Positions 18,632 through 24,988 of a DNA stretch of 33,432 bases are shown one piece after another. The notes below the pieces were generated by a model, which was not told the DNA's origin, did no database searches, and worked only from the letters and a program-made list of their open reading frames with translations. Within the stretch, counting starts at the first letter, position 1, and each line of letters begins with the position of its first letter. Source of the DNA: Clostridiales bacterium (GTDB taxonomy: Bacteria > Bacillota > Clostridia > Acetivibrionales > DTU013); assembly GCA_035361135.1 (NCBI GenBank), contig DAOSCC010000002.1, forward strand, positions 1 to 33,432, in the 5' to 3' direction. The translations under genes were made by a program, and so were the position numbers.

Positions 18632-19912
18632 ATGATCGATATCAGGCTGATACGCACGGAACCTGAACGGGTAAAGGAAAACATGCGGAAAAAATTCCAG
18701 CATGAGAAGGTTGGACTGGTGGACGAGGTCCTGGAACTGGACAGGCAGTTCAGGGAAACAAAGTCGCGCTGCGACGAACTCAGGAGCCAGCGCAACTCCA
18801 TCAGCAAGGGAATCGGCGCCCTTATGGCAAAAGGGCAGAAGGAGGAAGCGGAAAAGAACAAGGCGAGGGTCGTCGAGATCAACAACGAGCTTGAGGAGTT
18901 GGCAAGGCTGGAGGAAAAGCTTGAGAAGGACATCAGGGAAAGGATGCTGCTGATTCCCAACATAATCGACGATTCCGTGCCGATCGGCAGGGACGACAGC
19001 GAAAATGTAGAGATAGAGCGCTACGGAGAGCCAAAAGTGCCTGATTTTGAGATACCGTATCATGTTGATATCATGGAGAAGCTGCGCGGTATCGACCTGG
19101 ACAGCGCGAGAAAAACCAGCGGCAACGGTTTTTATTACCTCTGCGGAGATATAGCGAGGCTGCATTCGGCAATACTGACCTATGCCCGCGACTTCATGAT
19201 AGACAGGGGATTCACTTATTACATCCCTCCATTCATGATCCGCAGCGAAGTCGTCACCGGCGTCATGAGCTTTACTGAAATGGAGAACATGATGTACAAG
19301 ATCGAGGGCGAAGACCTGTATCTGATCGGTACAAGTGAGCACTCCATGATCGGCAAATTCATTGATACGATCCTCGATGAGGACCAACTGCCGCAGGCGC
19401 TGACCAGCTATTCCCCCTGCTTCCGCAAAGAGGTGGGCGCCCACGGTATAGAGGAACGCGGCGTGTACCGCATCCACCAGTTCGAGAAGCAGGAAATGGT
19501 CGTTGTCTGCAAGCCGGAAGAGAGCATGGAATGGTTCGATAAACTTTACCATATCACGGTGGACTTCTTCCGGACGCTGGACATCCCGGTAAGGGTCATA
19601 GAGTGCTGCTCGGGAGACCTGGCCGACCTGAAGGTCAAGAGCGTGGATGTCGAGGCATGGTCGCCTCGCCAGCAGAAATACTTTGAAGTGGGAAGCTGCT
19701 CCAACCTCGGAGACGCGCAGGCCCGCCGCCTGGGCATCCGTGTGCGCAGCAGGGAAAAAGGCAACTACCATCCGCATACTCTGAACAATACTGTCGTTGC
19801 TCCGCCGCGCATGCTCATAGCATTCCTCGAGAACAACCTGAATGCGGACGGTACTATCCGTATCCCGGAACCGCTTCGTATATACATGGGCGGAAAAGAA
19901 CTGATAAAGTAA
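18632..19912 (+). CDS. serS: Serine--tRNA ligase
   Basis: ATG 18632 follows AGGAGG. MIDIRLIRTEPERVKENMRKK, a coiled-coil N-arm and class II motifs; 426 aa. Confidence 0.95.
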   Translation: MIDIRLIRTEPERVKENMRKKFQHEKVGLVDEVLELDRQFRETKSRCDELRSQRNSISKGIGALMAKGQKEEAEKNKARVVEINNELEELARLEEKLEKDIRERMLLIPNIIDDSVPIGRDDSENVEIERYGEPKVPDFEIPYHVDIMEKLRGIDLDSARKTSGNGFYYLCGDIARLHSAILTYARDFMIDRGFTYYIPPFMIRSEVVTGVMSFTEMENMMYKIEGEDLYLIGTSEHSMIGKFIDTILDEDQLPQALTSYSPCFRKEVGAHGIEERGVYRIHQFEKQEMVVVCKPEESMEWFDKLYHITVDFFRTLDIPVRVIECCSGDLADLKVKSVDVEAWSPRQQKYFEVGSCSNLGDAQARRLGIRVRSREKGNYHPHTLNNTVVAPPRMLIAFLENNLNADGTIRIPEPLRIYMGGKELIK

Positions 19913-20142
19913 AAACAGGGTAAGGCTTGACACTCAGGTAAGACAGGGGGGACGGTTAAAAGGTAAGGGGACACTCCTCAACAAGGGGTATTCCTTAGCG
20001 GCTGAGGAATGTCCCCATTCCTGGGGGAACTGTCCTCGTGTCTTGCGGTCTTGAGCGTCACCAGGCGTGACCGGAGAACCGTCCCGCCTGTCCGGCAGAT
20101 AGCCGGCTGTCGTGCCTGGTACCCGGAAAACTGGAGGTCATT

Positions 20143-20733
20143 ATGCCCGGGTCGATGATACACCTGCTTATGGCGCATAAAATCAATCCGGACAGCAGCA
20201 CATTGTTTTACATTGGGAATCTTGCGCCGGATGCAGTAACTGCCTGGAAAGAAAAAGATATCACCCACTTCCGCAACCTGCCGGACAGAAGCAAGGCTCT
20301 GGCCGAACTGGCGGCACGCACACCTCCGGACGACGATTTTGCGGAGGGGATATTGCTGCACCTGTACACGGACTGGCGGTGGGACACTCTTGCAAGGGAT
20401 GAGTTCATAAAGACTGCCGGTGACGGGTGGTTCCCGCAATATCGCCATGAACTGAGCCTTGCCAGTATTTTTGCATTTCACCGGACTGACTGGGCTGCGG
20501 ATGTCATGGACAGGATCTATCAATGCGACAAATCGGAATATGGCGAAATACCCGGCGCTACTGCCGATGATCTGAGAGATTTCATCAGCCATGTTTACGA
20601 GTGGTATACGGAAACTGAAACAGAGGCGTCATCCGTATTCACACCGGAATTCGTCGAAAGATTTATCGATGAGATCGCGCCTGAATATCTCCGGTGGCGA
20701 AGTGAGCGCCCCTATATTTCAACAAACCTATGA
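20143..20733 (+). CDS. Zinc-dependent phospholipase C-like family protein (hypothetical hydrolase)
   Basis: ATG follows GGAGG. The N-terminal MIHLLMAHKI...FYIGNLAPDAV...THF pattern resembles the small bacterial Zn-PLC-like family. Function unknown. Confidence 0.55.
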   Translation: MPGSMIHLLMAHKINPDSSTLFYIGNLAPDAVTAWKEKDITHFRNLPDRSKALAELAARTPPDDDFAEGILLHLYTDWRWDTLARDEFIKTAGDGWFPQYRHELSLASIFAFHRTDWAADVMDRIYQCDKSEYGEIPGATADDLRDFISHVYEWYTETETEASSVFTPEFVERFIDEIAPEYLRWRSERPYISTNL

Positions 20734-20786
20734 CACCGATGAGTTGATCGGTAAAAGGCAATGGGCGGTCAATTTCTTAAGAGGTA

Positions 20787-21815
20787 TTACTCATGAGTGT
20801 CGTTTGCCTGGCCGATTAGTTTTTCCCTGCCTGCAATATTTTTTATTATCCTGCCTAATGCGTCGCCGCTCAGAAAAGGAGCCAAACTGGTAAAGATTCC
20901 CGTATCCAGCTTATCCTTCGGTATTTTTCCGATAGCCTTCAAAATCCCGTCTTCACCAAGAAATGGCGCCAGAGGTACTATTATATCCGGACTGATGTTT
21001 CCGTCAGCTATCTTGTCGATCAATCTGCTGAAAGATCTACCGCTGATGAAAGGGGCAAGGCTGATGAGCAGATTCTCATCAAGTTTGTCTGAGGCAGCTT
21101 TGTCTATAATATTGTTAAAATCTTTTTCATTCAGAAATGGGGCTATCGCTGGCAGAATCCCAGTATCGAAGGTTCCGTCAGCCGCTTTGTCAACCAGCTT
21201 ACTGAGTGTTTTACCGCCCAGGAAGGGAGCAAGACCGGGCAGTACATGACAGTCTACTTTTCCTTCTGGTATCTGGTCGACCAGCCTGTCGAGATCATCC
21301 TGGCCAAGGAACGGCGCGATGCCGACGAGGTGCTGTGCATCGACGGAGCCTTCCATGACATGGTCCACAAGCCCGGCAAGGACGTCTTTGCTCAAAAAGG
21401 GCGCAAGACCGATCAGTTCTTCGATATCGATGCCATCCAGTTTCTCTGCCACTTCATCCAATATGCTTGGCTTTATCGCAGGCGCAAGGTCGACCACATC
21501 CTGTACGTCCGCTTCGCCTGCATTGATCATTTGTGCGACACTGTCCGTGTCGTTCCCGGCGATCCGTTCGGCAACCGTACCGATACTTTTCCTCTGTTCG
21601 CCGGGATCGCCTCCCTTAAGGATATTATCTATGCTTACGCCGAATATTTCGCTAAGCTTCGGCAACAGGCCGATGTCCGGCATCGATTCGCCCCTCTCCC
21701 ATTTGGATACTGCCTGATGGCTCACATTCAGCATATCGGCCAGTTCGACCTGTGTCATATCCTTCTGTTTGCGGAGACCCGATATATACGTTCCGACTTT
21801 TCTCATATCGATCAT
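20787..21815 (-). CDS. XRE-family HTH transcriptional regulator fused to an APFL repeat array
   Basis: The ATG at 21815 lies 9 nt after AGGAG. The HTH is LRKQKDMTQVELADMLNVSHQAVSKWERGESMPDIGLLPKLSEIFGVSIDNIL. It is followed by eight ~29-aa repeats. Confidence 0.85.
   Translation of the reverse strand: MIDMRKVGTYISGLRKQKDMTQVELADMLNVSHQAVSKWERGESMPDIGLLPKLSEIFGVSIDNILKGGDPGEQRKSIGTVAERIAGNDTDSVAQMINAGEADVQDVVDLAPAIKPSILDEVAEKLDGIDIEELIGLAPFLSKDVLAGLVDHVMEGSVDAQHLVGIAPFLGQDDLDRLVDQIPEGKVDCHVLPGLAPFLGGKTLSKLVDKAADGTFDTGILPAIAPFLNEKDFNNIIDKAASDKLDENLLISLAPFISGRSFSRLIDKIADGNISPDIIVPLAPFLGEDGILKAIGKIPKDKLDTGIFTSLAPFLSGDALGRIIKNIAGREKLIGQANDTHE
20819..21491 (-). repeat. Eight tandem ~29-aa (about 87-nt) coding repeats, consensus (L)APFLxxxxLxxLVDKxxxGxxDxxxLxx
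   Basis: LAPAIKPSILDEV..., LAPFLSKDVLAGLVDHV..., IAPFLGQDDLDRLVDQI..., LAPFLGGKTLSKLVDKA..., IAPFLNEKDFNNIIDKA..., LAPFISGRSFSRLIDKI..., LAPFLGEDGILKAIGKI..., LAPFLSGDALGRIIKNI... Confidence 0.85.
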
Positions 21816-22083
21816 GATTTTCACTCCTGGAAATCATATTTGCCAGCGCGCACCGACCAGTTTCAGGATATCATGGCGGCAAAAACAGGTCAATCAATCG
21901 CTGGTTGCAGAATCCGGTATGGACGGATCTCGTGCCTGGTCCCCGGTCAGTCTGCACCCACTGCCGGGGAGACAAGTCGTATTTACATTGAAAACAGCAA
22001 ACAAATAAGCAAAAATCAAAGTATGATATAATGAAGCTTGATTGTTTGCAAATTCGATCGGAAGGACAGTTGGTGATAAGCAC

Positions 22084-22458
22084 ATGTACAACGCGTTTTT
22101 TGGCATTTTTCCTATACTTTTCAGCTTTACGTTTGTAATAGTCTTTATCCTCATTGCTTTGGCAGCGATCCGGGGTATTGCGGAATGGAACAGGAACAAC
22201 CACTCCCCCGTACTTACGGTAGACACCAGGGTAGTGGCCAAAAGGACAAGTGTATCGCATCACCACCATGGCGGGAATGTGGACCATTACAGTACCAGTA
22301 CGACGTACTATGTGACATTCGAGTTTGAAAGCGGCGACAGGCTGGAATTGCGCGTTCCGTATGACGAGTTCGGGTATCTCGTGGAGGGCGACATGGGCAG
22401 GCTGACTTTCCAGGGCACACGATTCAAAGGCTTCGAGAGGTTCGGAGAGCCGGTATGA
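22084..22458 (+). CDS. DUF2500-like small membrane-anchored protein
   Basis: ATG 22084. N-terminal TM FGIFPILFSFTFVIVFILIALAAI, then WNRNNHSPVLTV...VVAKRT...HHHH...TYYVTFEFESGDRLEL...EGDMGRLTFQGTRFKGFER, which matches my memory of the DUF2500 pattern. Confidence 0.75.
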   Translation: MYNAFFGIFPILFSFTFVIVFILIALAAIRGIAEWNRNNHSPVLTVDTRVVAKRTSVSHHHHGGNVDHYSTSTTYYVTFEFESGDRLELRVPYDEFGYLVEGDMGRLTFQGTRFKGFERFGEPV

Positions 22459-22834
22459 TCTGGTGCCGGGTTTCCTATTGCAATCTTTTGTCATCTTGTG
22501 GTATCATATGCATGTTATCACTGCTGAGAGGCAGAAACGAAAGGTGTACGGTTTTATGACTGCATTTGACAATGCATCAGGATCATAAAACTGAATAGTG
22601 GCAGAGCAAGATACCCGTTTGCGTATGAAAAACAGGCGGTCGGCGTTGCCGTTCGCCAACATCGATGCAAAGGGCCGGTGCCCGTTACTGTTGGGGCGCT
22701 TTATTTTGCTATGCCGTATCGGGTAGCCTTTCGTGAATACCGCAGCATATTCGGAGCACATCGGAAGGGTGTGCTTTTTCATATATCGGCAAGTTGATCC
22801 GTTTATACATCCACGTATACGCATTTGCGCATTG

Positions 22835-22880
22835 ACCGCGGTTTGCAGCATTGAGTGAAGGCTGCTTTCCGCGGTTTTTA
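22835..22880 (+). terminator. Plus-strand stem-loop with T-run inside the DUF2500-rsgA spacer
   Basis: ACCGCGGTTTGCAGC (22835-22849) pairs with GCTGCTTTCCGCGGT (22861-22875), with an internal TTT/TTT mismatch, then TTTTTA. There is no T-run on the opposite strand. Confidence 0.5.
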
Positions 22881-23003
22881 TTTATAACCGGAATATTCTA
22901 ACTTTGAAATCGAAAGGAGTTGTGTTTATGAGTGCGGCTTTTTGCAACCGAACAACGAAAACTGCAAAAAAAGCGGCAGAATTTAATCTGATGATGGAGG
23001 TAG

Positions 23004-24470
23004 TTGAACTTGAACCTTATAGATTATGGATTTTCCCCGGCAATGATGCCGGAAAACGAAAGCGGGATACCGGCCCGGGTCATATCGGTACACAGGGAAC
23101 GTTATGAACTTGTGTGCGAACATGGGACAGTTTATGGCGTGCTAAAACCGGCAGTATATTTCCGCAGCGGGTCGGAAAGTTTCCCTGCCGTGGGTGATTT
23201 CGTACTGATAAATTACAATCCGCACGGTGACAGCCAGATCACGAAAACGCTTGAGCGGAAATCGTTCTTTTCGAGGCGCGATCCCTCGCCCGGCCGCGGT
23301 GAACAGGCAGTTGCAGCCAACTTTGACTATGTCTTTGTCATGCAGTCGCTCAATGACGACTTCAACGTCAGGAGGATCGAGAGATATGTGACCCTCGCAT
23401 GGCAGTCAGGCGGGATACCTGTTGTCATACTGAACAAGGCAGACCTGGCCGGTGACTTTACTGACCGGGTCAGGGCGGCGGAAAAAGCTGCAGGGAATGC
23501 AGCGGTATATGCGGTAAGTGTGAAGACAGGATATGGGCTCGATGCCATGGGAGAATACCTGAAACCAAGAAAAACAACGGTTTTGCTGGGTTCGTCCGGC
23601 GTGGGCAAATCGAGTTTCGTCAATGCATTGGCCGGAAGTGATATAATGGCGGTGAATGGGATACGCGAGTCAGATTCAAAAGGGCGTCATACTACTACGC
23701 ACCGCCAGTTGATCATGCTTGACAGCGGGGCGATGATCATCGACACTCCCGGAATGCGTGAACTGGGAATGTGGGATGTCAGCAAAGGTCTTGGTGAAGC
23801 ATTCGACGATGTGGAGCGCTGGCTGGGACTTTGTAAATTCAGCGACTGCCGGCATCAGACCGAACCCGGCTGTGCGATCAGAGAGGCGATCGCAAAACAC
23901 GAACTGTCGCGGGAACGCTGGGAGAGCTATTTGAAGCTGAAGCGGGAAGCAAGATATGCCGATAACAAGGATGGCTATCTGCAGAATAAAAAGAGATGGG
24001 AGAAGGATATTGCAAAATATCAAAAGCAGAGGCAGGGCAGCAAGGCGGTCCAGATACAGGGTGACGAACCGGATCACCGGAATACAGGCTGCACCGAGAG
24101 TTTTACCTGTAAAGTCTGCGGCGCCTTTGTCGTTCCGGAGGGTGCAGGCAGCCAGCACCGCAATCATTGCCCGAGATGCCTGTCAAGCTTGCATGTCGAC
24201 AATGAGCCGGGGGATCGTGCATCGCTGTGCAAGGGTATTATGGACCCGATAGGCGTTTGGGTGCGAAAAAATGGCGAATGGGCAATAATCCACCGCTGTC
24301 GGGAATGTGGTGTTCTCAGTTCAAACAGGATAGCCGCCGATGACAATCCTGCGCTGTTGATGTCCATAGCCGTCAAGCCGCTGGCTTCACCGCCGTTCCC
24401 GTTGGCACATCTGGAACGGGATTTTTACAACGGCCGGCACTGCTTTGATAAAGCAGGGGGTATATCGTGA
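23004..24470 (+). CDS. rsgA: Ribosome small-subunit-dependent GTPase A (RsgA/YjeQ paralog) fused to a C-terminal RNHCP zinc-ribbon domain
   Basis: OB-like N-terminus ARVISVHRERYELV. Permuted GTPase motifs VILNKADL, GSSGVGKSSFVNAL and DTPGMRELGMW, plus Zn knuckle CKFSDCRHQTEPGC. A basic linker follows, then FTCKVCG...QHRNHCPRCLSSLHVD...HRCRECG (RNHCP motif at 24159-24173). The start is TTG 23004 or TTG 23010, the latter 9 nt after GGAGG. Confidence 0.85.
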   Translation: MNLNLIDYGFSPAMMPENESGIPARVISVHRERYELVCEHGTVYGVLKPAVYFRSGSESFPAVGDFVLINYNPHGDSQITKTLERKSFFSRRDPSPGRGEQAVAANFDYVFVMQSLNDDFNVRRIERYVTLAWQSGGIPVVILNKADLAGDFTDRVRAAEKAAGNAAVYAVSVKTGYGLDAMGEYLKPRKTTVLLGSSGVGKSSFVNALAGSDIMAVNGIRESDSKGRHTTTHRQLIMLDSGAMIIDTPGMRELGMWDVSKGLGEAFDDVERWLGLCKFSDCRHQTEPGCAIREAIAKHELSRERWESYLKLKREARYADNKDGYLQNKKRWEKDIAKYQKQRQGSKAVQIQGDEPDHRNTGCTESFTCKVCGAFVVPEGAGSQHRNHCPRCLSSLHVDNEPGDRASLCKGIMDPIGVWVRKNGEWAIIHRCRECGVLSSNRIAADDNPALLMSIAVKPLASPPFPLAHLERDFYNGRHCFDKAGGIS

Positions 24471-24513
24471 CCGGCAAATGATTTATATGACTGATACCTG
24501 ATGCCTGAAGCGA

Positions 24514-24897
24514 ATGAAGGAGTTGAACCGCTTTATGAAGTACCGGATTTTGTCGATCCGCGATAACCCCGAATACTCGGAGCGGGCAATAGACTGGTTT
24601 GCCTCCAAGTGGGGGATCGACCGCCTGGAATATGAAAAGAGCTTCAATGACTGTCTCACTAAAAATGAAAGCCTTCCCCAGTGGTATTTAGCAATTGGAG
24701 AAAATGATGAGATCATCGGGGGCTGTGGGCTTATAGAGAATGATTTTGTCGACAGGACAGACCTGTTTCCATACCTATGCGCCCTCTATGTCGAGGAAAA
24801 GGCCAGGAGCCACGCCTTAGGCTCGAAGCTGCTGGAGTACGCCAGGACCGACGCTGGGCGGCTGGGTTTTGACAAACTGTACCTACCGGACGTATGA
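24514..24897 (+). CDS. GNAT family N-acetyltransferase, possibly C-terminally truncated
   Basis: WYLAIGENDEIIGGCGLIEND and the acetyl-CoA motif LYVEEKARSHALGSKLLEYA are present. The ORF stops right after GFDKLYL, where family members normally continue. An alternative start is ATG 24535. Confidence 0.65.
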   Translation: MKELNRFMKYRILSIRDNPEYSERAIDWFASKWGIDRLEYEKSFNDCLTKNESLPQWYLAIGENDEIIGGCGLIENDFVDRTDLFPYLCALYVEEKARSHALGSKLLEYARTDAGRLGFDKLYLPDV

Positions 24898-24943
24898 CGA
24901 CAACGGGATTTTCGGTATTCGTACCGTAACCGGTACTAATAAT

Positions 24944-24970
24944 AAAAGCCTGATAAACTCAGGCTTTTTT
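24944..24970. terminator. Bidirectional rho-independent terminator
   Basis: AAAAGCCTGA taaac TCAGGCTTTTTT. A-run and T-run flank a 7-10 bp stem, so it is usable on both strands. Confidence 0.75.
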
Positions 24971-24974
24971 ATTG

Positions 24975-24986
24975 TGGCGGAGAGGG
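24975..24986 (-). repeat. Orphan exact copy of the last 12 nt of tRNA-Ser (CCCTCTCCGCCA)
   Basis: Plus-strand TGGCGGAGAGGG at 24975-24986 is identical to 27912-27923, in the same orientation. Confidence 0.7.
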
Positions 24987-24988
24987 AC

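Noticed and set aside
18512-19933. A 473-aa ORF antisense to the whole of serS. It is tempting in view of sense/antisense aminoacyl-tRNA synthetase ancestry ideas.
   Set aside because: It lies in the codon-aligned antisense register of serS, where stops arise only from sense TTA, CTA and TCA codons, which this gene largely avoids. The translated product is R/H/C-rich with no SD or recognisable domain, so it is a codon-usage artefact.
21246-22031. A 261-aa plus-strand ORF overlapping the XRE-repeat gene.
   Set aside because: It is antisense to a gene with a clear HTH and repeat structure, and it has no SD or motifs.
22504-22851. A 115-aa minus-strand ORF in the DUF2500-rsgA spacer (internal MKKHTLPMCSEYAAVF...).
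   Set aside because: It has no SD, is C/H/R-rich, has no terminator downstream on its strand, and the plus-strand hairpins run through it. The region is kept only as part of the unassigned-spacer finding.
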